This document shows positions 29,182 through 39,523 of a DNA stretch of 64,000 nt, in pieces. Position 1 is the stretch's first letter. Each line of letters begins with the position of its first letter. The position numbers and the translations under genes were made by a program. The DNA is from Leptospiraceae bacterium (GTDB lineage: Bacteria > Spirochaetota > Leptospiria > Leptospirales > Leptonemataceae). The notes below the pieces were generated by a model that saw nothing but the letters and a program-made list of their open reading frames with translations, was not told the DNA's origin and made no database searches. Location: assembly GCA_040217195.1 (NCBI GenBank), contig JAVJNR010000004.1, positions 864,001 through 928,000 on the forward strand. The letters are read 5' to 3'.

Positions 29182-30057
29182 ATGAAACAAGTGTATCGAT
29201 CCGCCAATGAATTCGAAGCGCAAATGTACTGCAACTTGCTGGAGCAGGCCGGCATTGAAGCCCACATTTCCGGTGATCAAATCCAGGGATTTGGAGCATC
29301 GCCGCAACCTATCCAGATATTCGTTGCAGAAGAAGACTACGAACAGGCCAGCCGAATCATTGCAGAAGGTAGTGCTGACTCGCTAGAACAAGATAAACTG
29401 CAAAATGAAAGGTTTGGTCGGGCTCGCACAGTGGATTCCATGACCATTGTTCCCGAAATTAGTTCCAGCACCGTTTCCGAGGGCCTCAATCATACGAGTG
29501 CACGCGAAACGGATTGGGTCGGCGTATTCATGGGCGCAATCGTAGGTATCATGCTTGGAGCCGGGGGGATGTTCTGGGCCTACAACAGTCCCGTAGAGGA
29601 AAATGGGATCGACTTTGATGGAGATGGCAGACTGGACGAAACCTGGATCTATGTGGATGATCGAATTTCCCGCGTAGACTTCGATTCCAACAGAGATGGA
29701 AAAGTGGACGAAATTAGCCACTACGACCACCAGGAGCTACTGGAATTTGTGCAATCGGATGACGATCTTAATGGAACGTTTGAAACCGAGTACCGTTATG
29801 AGGATGGGAATTTGAGCAGCTATCGCCAGGATATGGATGATGACGGGTTCTTTGAATACCAGGAGCATATTCGGCCCAACGGCATTACAGAAGGAACCTA
29901 TTTCCATCCACAAACCCGAATGCCGATTAAGACTATTTCCTACGATTCTTTCCAGATGCTGGAATCCAGACTGGATTTAGATGGAGACGGTCGCATGGAT
30001 GTACTGAGAAAGCATAACGAAATAGATGAAATAATAAGCGAAGAAGAGATTCGATAG
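29182..30057 (+). CDS. DUF2007-like N-domain, single TM, C-terminal DxDxDG repeats
   Basis: FEAQMYCNLLEQAGIEA...V.EED...A..II; TM; DFDGDGRLD, DSNRDGKVD, DDDLNGTFE, DMDDDGFFE, DLDGDGRMD. Confidence 0.7.
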   Translation: MKQVYRSANEFEAQMYCNLLEQAGIEAHISGDQIQGFGASPQPIQIFVAEEDYEQASRIIAEGSADSLEQDKLQNERFGRARTVDSMTIVPEISSSTVSEGLNHTSARETDWVGVFMGAIVGIMLGAGGMFWAYNSPVEENGIDFDGDGRLDETWIYVDDRISRVDFDSNRDGKVDEISHYDHQELLEFVQSDDDLNGTFETEYRYEDGNLSSYRQDMDDDGFFEYQEHIRPNGITEGTYFHPQTRMPIKTISYDSFQMLESRLDLDGDGRMDVLRKHNEIDEIISEEEIR

Positions 30058-30108
30058 TCGAAAGCGGTGAATCCAGATCGATGCATCTGGGCTCAAGGTT
30101 ACACTGAT

Positions 30109-31020
30109 TCAGTCCATTCTCTTAAGAACCGATTCCACCATTTCTGTGAACTCTCGCCGAACCTCTTCATTTTTCTTGGTCTCATCCTTGAAGATATTCT
30201 TTCTGGATCCCAGTAACTCGGCCACGCCCATTCGATCGTTGATGCAATCATCCATTAACGCATCCCCGTATCTTTCTTTAAGCTTTTCGCTCTGCTCCTG
30301 ATGTTCATGAGCCATGTGGCCGCCAAAAAAGCGAACACGGTTTCGAATGATGCCAAGTAGCTTCGCGTTACACTGAGCTCCTTTTTCGCGCACATCTTCC
30401 TGCATATTCTTGATATGCTCCAGAATGAAAGGGATGCCGTAACAGCTGATGAAGTCCGGGATTGTTGGCACCAGATAATAGTCGCTGGCAACAATTGCAT
30501 TTCTGGAGATCAAATATATGTTAGGAGGGCAGTCAAAAATGATATAATCGTAATGCGATTTAAGTGGCTCCAGGGCCTTTTGCAGCAATAGATATCGCTC
30601 TTTGTTAAATTCTTCTATGGTTCTGGCCCATTTAGGCTTTTTCGCAACCAGCCTCATTTCATAGTCCGGCAAGTCCAGATGCGAAGGCAGTAAATCCAGT
30701 CCTTCCACTTCACCGGGCATGTTTTCCCAGGTTCGATTCAGTGCCTTTTCAATGATCCATTCCTGCTCTATGCGGGCCGGGTCTTCCTGATAGAAATTTT
30801 GAACTACGGACCGAATGGAGCCTCGCTTCTCAATCCAGTCTATCCAGAAGTGCTCCTCAACTGTGGAAACGGAAAGACTGCACTGAGGATCCAGATCTAC
30901 CAGAAGTACCTTGCTGCCTTTGAGTTGATTGAGGCCCAGCCCCAGTTGCAGCGAGATAGTGGTCTTTCCCACTCCGCCCTTGTAATTGATAACTGATATT
31001 ACTTTTGCCTGATTTGCCAT
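30109..31020 (-). CDS. ParA/Soj family ATPase
   Basis: NYKGGVGKTT deviant Walker A, DLDPQ, DCPP. Confidence 0.9.
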   Translation of the reverse strand: MANQAKVISVINYKGGVGKTTISLQLGLGLNQLKGSKVLLVDLDPQCSLSVSTVEEHFWIDWIEKRGSIRSVVQNFYQEDPARIEQEWIIEKALNRTWENMPGEVEGLDLLPSHLDLPDYEMRLVAKKPKWARTIEEFNKERYLLLQKALEPLKSHYDYIIFDCPPNIYLISRNAIVASDYYLVPTIPDFISCYGIPFILEHIKNMQEDVREKGAQCNAKLLGIIRNRVRFFGGHMAHEHQEQSEKLKERYGDALMDDCINDRMGVAELLGSRKNIFKDETKKNEEVRREFTEMVESVLKRMD

Positions 31021-31112
31021 GTAGACTGCCAGTTTCTCCAACTATCGGCAGAACGGCCCACACTTTGCAGCACGATTCCTGTCCTCATGATAGGTAGCCT
31101 CCGAAATCCCGG

Positions 31113-31514
31113 TCAGGTACTCTCTTTTGAGCCCGGCCCCAGCAAAGCCAGCATCAGACCAACTCCGAAAGTTCCGTAAAGAGCAATTTGACTGTAGGGG
31201 CGTGCCAGGCCTTCCAGGTGCGGCTCAGCAAAAAATCCATAGAGCAGAATCCAGGGAATGATGAGCAATACAATGCATACAGGAATTTGAATATGACGGC
31301 GAAAACCGGATAGTCTCCTGAGATAAACTCCCAGCAGCAAATTTGCGATGGAAGTAAAAAGCAAATAGATATGACCTGAGCGATAGATCATTCTTGGACC
31401 GTCTGCCATTCCGGATAGATGATCATGCTCCAGATCCATATATTGACCGGTGAGTAGGAATAGGACCAGAAATACCAGACCTACAGCGTAATGTAGAATT
31501 TTCCAAACCCTCAT
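31113..31514 (-). CDS. Hypothetical 4-TM membrane protein
   Basis: Four hydrophobic segments; LLTGQYM, RSGHIYLL. Confidence 0.7.
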   Translation of the reverse strand: MRVWKILHYAVGLVFLVLFLLTGQYMDLEHDHLSGMADGPRMIYRSGHIYLLFTSIANLLLGVYLRRLSGFRRHIQIPVCIVLLIIPWILLYGFFAEPHLEGLARPYSQIALYGTFGVGLMLALLGPGSKEST

Positions 31515-31606
31515 TGAATGGTTTTATGGCGCCGCAGATAGAAATCAACCTTGAATATGAATGGCTTGCATCCAGATCCAGGTTTCAACTATTGTCAGAG
31601 TAAGTT

Positions 31607-32623
31607 ATGAAAGAGAATAAGATACTGGTAACCGGCGCGGCGGGTCTCATTGGAAGCGCCGTAGTTCGAGAACTTAACGGGCGCGGTCTGGAAAACCTGG
31701 TGCTTGTGGACCATCTGGGGGATTCTGAGAAATGGAAGAATCTCCGCTCGCTCAAGTATTCCCAATATCTGGAGAAGGATTTATTCCGGGCAATCCTTCA
31801 GGACTTTCAGGAAAGTCCTATGGGACCAGAAAGGGAAATTCTGGAAGGACTTACAGGGATTATTCACCTGGGCGCTTGTTCCTCCACAACGCAATACGAT
31901 GCCTCCTATTTGATAGACAATAACTATCAATATTCTATTGACCTGGCACGTTTCGCCAGCAGTAGAAATATTCGCATGGTTTATGCATCCAGCGCCGCCA
32001 CCTACGGCGATGGCGAAAATGGATTCGAAGACAATCTGGCCGAAATCGATTCATTGAGACCATTAAACCCCTATGGATATTCGAAACAAATGTTTGATCA
32101 ATGGATAGCCTCCAACACCGGTTTTGATAATCTCTTCGCTGGCTTGAAATACTTCAATGTATACGGTCCCAATGAGTACCACAAAGGTTACATGCAATCG
32201 GTGGTTCTAAAAGGCTTTCGTCAAATCCGAGACACAGGAAAGATCGGATTATTCAAAAGTTACCGAGATGACTATGGCCACGGTGAACAAAAGAGGGATT
32301 TTCTCTACGTAAAGGATGCGGCCAGGATTACGGTATTCTTTCTTATGGATGCAACCGAAACTTGCGGACTATTTAACGTGGGCAGCGGAACGGCCAATAC
32401 CTGGGTGGATCTGGCCAATGGCATATTCCAGGCAATGGAAAAGGAACCAAATATTGAATTCATAGACATGCCTGAAGAAATGCGAGCCAGGTACCAGTAT
32501 TATACCTGCGCCCCCATCCAGAGATTAAGAGAGGCAGGCTTCAAGGATCATATTGGCACACTTCAGGAATCCATTTCTGATTACGTTCGCGCATATCTGC
32601 TGAATGGGGAAACTAATGCATAG
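31607..32623 (+). CDS. hldD: ADP-L-glycero-D-manno-heptose 6-epimerase
   Basis: TGAAGLIG, HLGACSST, YASSAATYG, PLNPYGYSK, YFNVYGPNEYHKG.M.SV, YQYYT.A. Confidence 0.93.
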   Translation: MKENKILVTGAAGLIGSAVVRELNGRGLENLVLVDHLGDSEKWKNLRSLKYSQYLEKDLFRAILQDFQESPMGPEREILEGLTGIIHLGACSSTTQYDASYLIDNNYQYSIDLARFASSRNIRMVYASSAATYGDGENGFEDNLAEIDSLRPLNPYGYSKQMFDQWIASNTGFDNLFAGLKYFNVYGPNEYHKGYMQSVVLKGFRQIRDTGKIGLFKSYRDDYGHGEQKRDFLYVKDAARITVFFLMDATETCGLFNVGSGTANTWVDLANGIFQAMEKEPNIEFIDMPEEMRARYQYYTCAPIQRLREAGFKDHIGTLQESISDYVRAYLLNGETNA

Positions 32624-32717
32624 GCATCCATCGCCTGGCCGGAATTCCCATTAGACAGAATCCTTGATTCCAGGTATTCGAAATAGTCAAAATTGAATTT
32701 ATAGAAATGAGCAAAAG

Positions 32718-33746
32718 CTAACGATTGGGTTTGGGACAGTTTGCCAGAAATCGTTCCAGGAATTCTTCCGGCTTATCCTGTAGCAGTCCATGTCCTGCAT
32801 GCGAAAATTGATGCAGTTTTGATTTTCGAATGGCTCTATTCAGTTTCTTGCCAAGCTCAATTGGAGTAATGGAATCCTCTGTGCCCCAGTAAAGATCCAC
32901 CGGCACTTTCAAATCCTTGAGTTCAGCAGGACGATAGAATACTTCGTTTTCTCTTTCCAGTGTATTGGCAGCCAGATATTGAAAGCCCGGGGCGGACCAT
33001 TCATACAGCAATCCAGAGATGGCCCAGTCCGGCAACTCTGGAATCTGAGAATAGAATAAATGACTGAATAGATCCCTTACCTCTTCGCGGTTTCCGGGAA
33101 AGAATCTACGTCTTAGCACTTCTCGCTCTTCCGGAGATAACAATAAGGCCCCTGGAGCCACCAGGTGCATACTGCTAAACAGATTCAGTCCATGGTACTT
33201 TTGTGCGAAAGAGCTGGCCTGCAAAGCTACCAGCCCACCCATACTATGACTGAGCAATACAGGCTGCCGCAGATTCAAACGATGATGAATTAGTCTAAAT
33301 ATGGTGGCTGAGATATCCGGCAAATGCCAGAGGCTGCGAATGTAGGGCATGGTGCTCTCTCCATGTCCCGGCAGGTCCAGCATATAAACTCTGAATCGCT
33401 TCAGTAGCTCCGGTAGGATTCGCCGAAAGACATGCGATGTATCCAGAAAACCATGAAGCAGCAAAAGTTCCTGCTCACCTTCGCCACCCGAATACAGTCG
33501 GAGCTTCTGGCCTTCATACAGAAGCAAATCGCTTCGCATGCCCAGGGATTGAATCTTGCGACCTATCCAGATTCTACGAAGCCACAATAACTGAGCCGCC
33601 CACCATTTACCTCTATGCTCCAGATCTTCGGGCTCCGGAAACAGGATATTACCATCCAGGTATTCTCGAGCCTCCGATGGATGGACCGGACTAATTAGTG
33701 GCCCTTGTTTTCCGGATTTACCACCGGTCTTTTTCCTGGCTGGCAT
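32718..33746 (-). CDS. Alpha/beta hydrolase
   Basis: LLHGF, DLPGHG, SHSMGG, WGTED, AGH; ATG 33746 with GGAGA upstream. Confidence 0.88.
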   Translation of the reverse strand: MPARKKTGGKSGKQGPLISPVHPSEAREYLDGNILFPEPEDLEHRGKWWAAQLLWLRRIWIGRKIQSLGMRSDLLLYEGQKLRLYSGGEGEQELLLLHGFLDTSHVFRRILPELLKRFRVYMLDLPGHGESTMPYIRSLWHLPDISATIFRLIHHRLNLRQPVLLSHSMGGLVALQASSFAQKYHGLNLFSSMHLVAPGALLLSPEEREVLRRRFFPGNREEVRDLFSHLFYSQIPELPDWAISGLLYEWSAPGFQYLAANTLERENEVFYRPAELKDLKVPVDLYWGTEDSITPIELGKKLNRAIRKSKLHQFSHAGHGLLQDKPEEFLERFLANCPKPNR

Positions 33747-33861
33747 GATTCTCCATGGATGTTTTCCATCCTTTGCATACAATTAAAAACCTTCGCATTA
33801 ATCCACCGGGCCAACAATTTGCTTGGCATTGTCCGGTTCAACCGGGCAGGATACGACTGGC

Positions 33862-34566
33862 ATGCATATTCTTATTGTTGATGATGAGCCTCCAGCGGCC
33901 AGGCGTGTGCAACGATTACTTCAGGAGCATATGGAAGGGCCCATACAATCCATGAAGATTCTGCATGGGGTGGAGCCAGCTGTTTATTATCTCCAAGACC
34001 ATCCTGTGGACCTGGTCTTTCTGGACCTGGAAATCGCATCCGATAGTGGATTTGATCTTCTAAAGCGAGCTGCCAGCGGCAGCTTTCAAACAATTATAGT
34101 AAGCGGCCACCCGGAAGGCGCTATTCAGGCATTCGACCATGAAGTAGTGGACTTTGTTACCAAGCCAGTTCGTCCGGAACGATTCATTCAGGCTCTGGAA
34201 AGGCTTCGAAGGGCGCAAAAGAATCGCGGAGTGGAACGAACCAGTCTCAGTCTTCCCGGAGAAGAAGGAGTAGAAATCATAGATCTGGATTCAGTAGAAT
34301 GTATCCGAAGCGATGGAAACTATTGTAGAATTACGCAATACGACGGTACAGAAAGAAAGATACGAAAGACCCTGTCCTCTCTGGAATCTGAACTTGGGGC
34401 GAAGTTTATTCGAACCCATAAAAGCTGCATTGTGAGAAAAGACGATATTCGCAGGATTCTGAGTGCTGCGAACAATACGTTTCAGGCAGAGCTAAAGAGC
34501 GAAAAAAGAGTGCCGCTAAGCAGATCTGTTCGAGAAGATCTACGAAGCGGCATTTCACGGGAGTAG
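33862..34566 (+). CDS. LytTR family response regulator
   Basis: IVDDE, VFLDL, DFVTKP; LytTR FIRTHKSCIV, VPLSR. Confidence 0.92.
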   Translation: MHILIVDDEPPAARRVQRLLQEHMEGPIQSMKILHGVEPAVYYLQDHPVDLVFLDLEIASDSGFDLLKRAASGSFQTIIVSGHPEGAIQAFDHEVVDFVTKPVRPERFIQALERLRRAQKNRGVERTSLSLPGEEGVEIIDLDSVECIRSDGNYCRITQYDGTERKIRKTLSSLESELGAKFIRTHKSCIVRKDDIRRILSAANNTFQAELKSEKRVPLSRSVREDLRSGISRE

Positions 34567-34623
34567 CGTTACTTAGTCTGTACCATTACATGTATCTGAT
34601 TCTGGCTACGTATCCTGGAAGGA

Positions 34624-35421
34624 TTAACCACGGCAGCCTCTCCAGACTCCTTGAAGCCAGTCATCGGCCGCTTCATCGAATTCATCCCCGCACTCAGGGT
34701 CGCTGGAACCGCCGGAACTGTAATTCTTATGGCTGCACTGATCATGATCCATGCAGTCTTTTGTCCAGGAGGAGGCTAGCCACCAACGGCCGCAATCGCC
34801 ACCACATCGTCCCATGCAGCCATATCCAGAGCGGGGCTTGGAACCTACTCGGACGGATTCGTAATGCGAACCTCTGGAATCGTCATATTCCGCTGTTACA
34901 TAGGTATTTTTTGAAATGCAGGTTACACCTTCGTTTCTGGAAGCTGCATAGTAGCTCTTGGATGGGCCACTGATGTCGCGTGAGCTGTAAGAATATCCTT
35001 CCGGTGCTTCAGCCCAGTAGGAAATCACTGCCAGAAAAGCCGTTTGAATTCGGTTTCCAGATGTATTTCCGGTGGCTTCTAGATGCGAAGCGAACTCTTC
35101 AGCCAGTGCATTCAGCGCAGACTTCTGAGACTCGGTTAAAACGGCGTTTCCTCCGTCCAGCTGAATAGAGCCATCGGCCCCCAGAGAAGCAGTAAAGGAC
35201 TTTCCATCGATGATTACTTCAGCCTGAAAATCGTCCCCCTGAGTCGTAGCATCGTAACTTAGAGCTACTCCGTTGTAAGTGCCCTGACCCTGAATATGAT
35301 CTGAGCTGGCCGCATGAGCCTTTAGGACCAGAGCATTAAGTGCTTCAGAATTTTCATTCTGTGGAGCACAGTATAGTAGACAGCCCACTACCAGTGCAGC
35401 CGTAACTTTTGTTAAATTCAT
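34624..35421 (-). CDS. Secreted lipoprotein with Cys-rich C-terminal domain
   Basis: Lipobox LLYC; 8 Cys in last ~98 aa including CMGRCGGDC and CMDHDQC. Confidence 0.75.
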   Translation of the reverse strand: MNLTKVTAALVVGCLLYCAPQNENSEALNALVLKAHAASSDHIQGQGTYNGVALSYDATTQGDDFQAEVIIDGKSFTASLGADGSIQLDGGNAVLTESQKSALNALAEEFASHLEATGNTSGNRIQTAFLAVISYWAEAPEGYSYSSRDISGPSKSYYAASRNEGVTCISKNTYVTAEYDDSRGSHYESVRVGSKPRSGYGCMGRCGGDCGRWWLASSWTKDCMDHDQCSHKNYSSGGSSDPECGDEFDEAADDWLQGVWRGCRG

Positions 35422-35628
35422 TTTGAACCTCGCATGAACATTTGATCTTTCTTTACTTGACCGACTTGCAGATGGGGACCTGCAATGCCGGACATCCGTT
35501 TTAGGATGTTCGAATGATTACATGAAGAAATGGGCAGGTCAAACCTGGTGGGATGAATGGTAGAAATCTCAGATCAAAAGTTGAAATTTTTTCTTCGATT
35601 CAGATTCAACCATCCAGGCTCGGCAGGA

Positions 35629-37533
35629 ATGAAAAGGCAAAGACCAGGAGTTTTCGGGAGCCCGGGGTTTGCGAGCATTTCGAGTCCGATTCAGCGTTTC
35701 TGGGAGTATAAGAGACGATTCTTGAGCTGGACTGGCAAAACCCGGGGATTGCTTGCTGGCATGCTACTGCTGCTATGCACTGGATGCAGCGATTCAATCG
35801 TCACCCTCCATCGAATCCAGGTACACTCATGGCCCACCGACACGGTGCCGGACTCGAACCAACCAGATGAAACGGCTCAATTGCAACCAGGAAAGAAAGA
35901 GCAAAACCTGGTTATACCCAATAATATAAGTTCGGCTCTGAATCTAAACGGGGACCAGATCTGTGTGCAACTACGCAGTCAGATCGAATTACCTCCCGAT
36001 ACGTTGCAGGAAAGTTACGCAATTGATGCAGGTCGGCTGTCAGATGTTTCGAATATCTATTTCAATGATGTTTTGATTAGCCAGAGGGGTGCATTGAATC
36101 CGTACCGCTCCGGAGCATTCAGACCTCAGATGGCAGCCATACCGCGAGAGATTACCAGACCCGGCCTCAATCAGATACGAATTCATTTATGTAGCTACCG
36201 AGATTACTACCCGGTCCAGGCCATGGATCCGGTGCGAATTGGACCCGACGAAGCTATCTGGCAACAAAGAACACTGCGCGAAGTGATAGCTTTTGTTTTT
36301 CTCGCATTCTATCTTATGGCATCAGTGCAGCATCTCTGGCTGGGATTACGTAGAAAGCAGGAGAAGTATCATCTGGCCTTTTCCGGTTTTCTACTGGTGG
36401 TTTCTGCTTACTGGTTTGTTGCAGAGACAATGACCCGGGATATGATCTTTGGCGAACATGTGCTCTGGCATCGGAAAACGGAGTACATACTTCTTTTCTT
36501 CATCGTGCCTTTATTTTTGCTTTTTCTATCCAGGTTTGGTTCTCACAGAGGGGAACGGATCAGCTACGCTGCTCTGGTAGTAGCTTCCGTTTTGACCGCG
36601 GTTTCTTTACCTTCGGACATTGCCATCGTCCGGCTATGCGGATGGATCTGGCAATTCGGCTTTTTGATGCTCAGTCCTTATCTTGCCTATCTGGCCTACA
36701 GGCAACTGCTTCGCCCCTTTCCCTATGCAAAGCTGATGACAGGTGCCGTATTGCTTCTATTGGTCAGTGCCATACATGATATTCTGGTTTCGCTGAGCGT
36801 ACTACATTCCATGCGAATCTCAAGCTACTCTCTTGCATTCCTGGTACTTGGACTGGTAATACTTCTGGGAGATCAACTGGTTCAGGCCACAAACAGAAGC
36901 GAACGATTGCTGTCCCATGCCACACGATTAAATCTGGAAATGCTGAAAAAGAATATTCATCCCCATTTCCTGGCAAACAGTTTGAATTCTGCTGTGGAAT
37001 TGGTACATGAGGATCCCCAAAGAGCGGAAAAGCTTCTGCTGGCATTAATTGATGAACTGCGAAGTACCATCGAGCTCTCCGATCAAAAACTCTGCCCTCT
37101 GGAGACAGAAATACAGCTATGCAGAAACCATGTTCAGGTCATGAGCCTGCGAATGGAAAAGGATATTCAACTGGAAGTTCTGGGCGATCTAAATGCAGAA
37201 ATTCCTCCCCTGGTTTTGCTGACCATGATCGAGAACGGTATTACCCATGGGTTTAAAAACAGGCAGGAAGGCTATTTTCGCATCAATGTAAGAAAATACA
37301 GAAACGAAGTATTCATAGCAGTCGAGAACAATGGAGAGGGCTCGGTGGCAACCAGGGCTGGTAAAGAAGAGCAACGCAATGGCAATGAGCTCAGGATAGG
37401 CACTGGTACACGATACATTCGCAGTCGCCTGGAGGAATTGTGCCCCGGACAATGGAGCATTCACCGAGAGGTCCGTGGCCAGCGTTATATTGTATTGCTA
37501 TCGTATGTGCATTCAGGTTTTTTCGAAAAATGA
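35629..37533 (+). CDS. LytS-type sensor histidine kinase with 7TM-DISM-like input
   Basis: IHPHFLANSLN H-box, PPLVLLTMIENGITHG, ENNGEG, GTGT..IRSRL; 7 TM; start uncertain (35557/35629/35761). Confidence 0.88.
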   Translation: MKRQRPGVFGSPGFASISSPIQRFWEYKRRFLSWTGKTRGLLAGMLLLLCTGCSDSIVTLHRIQVHSWPTDTVPDSNQPDETAQLQPGKKEQNLVIPNNISSALNLNGDQICVQLRSQIELPPDTLQESYAIDAGRLSDVSNIYFNDVLISQRGALNPYRSGAFRPQMAAIPREITRPGLNQIRIHLCSYRDYYPVQAMDPVRIGPDEAIWQQRTLREVIAFVFLAFYLMASVQHLWLGLRRKQEKYHLAFSGFLLVVSAYWFVAETMTRDMIFGEHVLWHRKTEYILLFFIVPLFLLFLSRFGSHRGERISYAALVVASVLTAVSLPSDIAIVRLCGWIWQFGFLMLSPYLAYLAYRQLLRPFPYAKLMTGAVLLLLVSAIHDILVSLSVLHSMRISSYSLAFLVLGLVILLGDQLVQATNRSERLLSHATRLNLEMLKKNIHPHFLANSLNSAVELVHEDPQRAEKLLLALIDELRSTIELSDQKLCPLETEIQLCRNHVQVMSLRMEKDIQLEVLGDLNAEIPPLVLLTMIENGITHGFKNRQEGYFRINVRKYRNEVFIAVENNGEGSVATRAGKEEQRNGNELRIGTGTRYIRSRLEELCPGQWSIHREVRGQRYIVLLSYVHSGFFEK

Positions 37534-37639
37534 ATAGTAACGAAATCATTGATCCAAACCTGCATTCAAACTTTATTAACCAAAAGCAACAGTATATTTT
37601 ATTCATCAATTCGTTGCATTATTTCGAGGCGGTATACTA

Positions 37640-37993
37640 TTGAATGCATTGGATTTAGTTGTAGGGTGTCTACAGCTCACATTATCTGTTTCTACAGCTT
37701 TTAGTTCTTATGAGATAGTAGAAAGCGCCCCTCCGCCTTCGAACCAGAACATACCCTACATCCAATTTGCTGATCCCTCCGAAAGTCGCCCGCGCGAAGC
37801 AATCGTTGTCGAGCGATGCAAGATACTTGATGAACCCGGCCTGAAGAAAAACCTGCACCTTGATTTTACAGAAGAATTCTCAGAGTCAGGAAAAGACCAT
37901 TCCCAAATAATAATTGTGACCGGTTCCGGGTTTGATCCCGAACCATTTCAGGCTATGCATTCATGCTTCTACATCTACTCAGACCAACCATAG
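37640..37993 (+). CDS. Hypothetical protein
   Basis: TTG start with GAGG upstream; no recognised motif. Confidence 0.4.
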   Translation: MNALDLVVGCLQLTLSVSTAFSSYEIVESAPPPSNQNIPYIQFADPSESRPREAIVVERCKILDEPGLKKNLHLDFTEEFSESGKDHSQIIIVTGSGFDPEPFQAMHSCFYIYSDQP

Positions 37994-38364
37994 CGCTCCA
38001 ATTAATGTTGCTTGGAAGTTGCTCTTTGGATGTAACTGGCATGCAAATTCGAAAGGAGATTCCGACAGGATCTTATACCTGGCACTCGCCAATCATACTC
38101 TATTCATGCACAGTTGAAGATACTGCGAATCGCGTACCAGATTTTTCGGGATTGCAGCGGGCCATGAATCGAGGTTGCCCCGATGCAGTTGGGCTTGCAC
38201 GAGCAGATATACAGCTAATTGCGCATAAGAGAAAGCCGGGCTCAGATAGCTTTTCCACTATTCATTGCTGGACCATGCGAGGGTACCCTGTTTTTCCCGA
38301 TAATCTTAAATCTGGCTGCAATCAATCGAGCAATCTGAAGATCTTGAATGCAACTGAAGAATGA
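37963..38364 (+). CDS. Hypothetical lipoprotein
   Basis: Lipobox-like LLGSC; several Cys. Confidence 0.45.
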   Translation: MLLHLLRPTIALQLMLLGSCSLDVTGMQIRKEIPTGSYTWHSPIILYSCTVEDTANRVPDFSGLQRAMNRGCPDAVGLARADIQLIAHKRKPGSDSFSTIHCWTMRGYPVFPDNLKSGCNQSSNLKILNATEE

Positions 38365-38490
38365 CCGAGCCTCTGATTCCAGAAACAGCGATAGGTGATA
38401 AGAAGGAACTGACTGAGATCAATGTATGGGATGAGCGATCAATCCCGCGAATATCCGAAGCGGCATCATCCCGGATCTGGAAAATCGGAG

Positions 38491-39423
38491 TTAACCAAGT
38501 AGAGTAGTTGCATGCACTTCCACAGATTCGGCCAGAGCATCCAGATGATAGCCACCCTCAAGAAAGGAAATGATCTTTCCCTGACAATGAGTCCTGGCAA
38601 AGTCCATGGCCCAGGCGCTCATCCATTCAAAGCTACTAGTTCGTAACTCCATTGAAGCCAGAGGGTCTTTTTCATGGGCATCAAAGCCAGCGCTAATCAA
38701 TAAGATGTCAGGTTCAAAATCTTCCAGCTTCCTCTGAACGATCCCCTCCAGAGCTTCCTTGTAAGTTCCCTCTTCGGTTCCTGCCTGCAACGGAAGGTTT
38801 AATGTGAATCCTTGGCCTGCACCAGCCCCCTGCTCGGAGGCCGAGCCAGTTCCAGGATAGAAGGGAAACTGATGAAGACTGACAAATAGAACATTCGGAT
38901 CTGAATAGAACATATCCTGGGTCCCATTTCCGTGGTGTACATCCCAGTCCAGAATGGCCGGCCTTTTATAACCCAGACTCTGCAAATATCGCGCGGTAAT
39001 GGCAATATTATTAAATAGACAAAATCCCATGGCCCGACTGGGCAAACTATGATGGCCAGGAGGCCGAACCAGCAGAAGGGCACGGTCTACCTCTCCGGAA
39101 TGGACTGCATCCGCAGCCGACAGGCCAGCACCGGCAGCCATGCTTGCAGCATTGAAGGATTCCTTGCTGGTTACTGTATCTCCGTCCAGGGATCGTTCGC
39201 TTTTCGAATAGAGCTCCACCACATCTACGTAATCCGTAGCATGTACCAGACCAATCTCCTCTCTGGTAGCATAACGTGGTTCCAGGCTGGCAAATCGTCC
39301 CATGGAGCCGGTTTTTTCCATTCTATTCACTATCGCTTCCAGTCTACGGGCCGATTCCGGATGCATCATACCGGTATCATGCTTTTGAAATAATTCATGG
39401 GTGAACAGGGCACAACGGGACAC
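38491..39423 (-). CDS. Histone deacetylase family protein
   Basis: HPES..RL, RPPGHH, GFC, DWDVHHGNGTQ, SAGFDAH, LEGGY. Confidence 0.95.
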   Translation of the reverse strand: MSRCALFTHELFQKHDTGMMHPESARRLEAIVNRMEKTGSMGRFASLEPRYATREEIGLVHATDYVDVVELYSKSERSLDGDTVTSKESFNAASMAAGAGLSAADAVHSGEVDRALLLVRPPGHHSLPSRAMGFCLFNNIAITARYLQSLGYKRPAILDWDVHHGNGTQDMFYSDPNVLFVSLHQFPFYPGTGSASEQGAGAGQGFTLNLPLQAGTEEGTYKEALEGIVQRKLEDFEPDILLISAGFDAHEKDPLASMELRTSSFEWMSAWAMDFARTHCQGKIISFLEGGYHLDALAESVEVHATTLLG

Positions 39424-39523
39424 CTCCAGAGCTTAATAAAGGACAGAGGTCTGTGTCGACCAAAAATGAAAAGTGCTCCTTAAAATCCGTTGATCGTCCA
39501 GGCCAGGCGCAAGCACTGGATTT

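Noticed and set aside
18953..31020. Defence island or mobile element suggested by RmuC and ParA
   Set aside because: No integrase, transposase, att repeats or defence effectors; the neighbours are ordinary chromosomal genes
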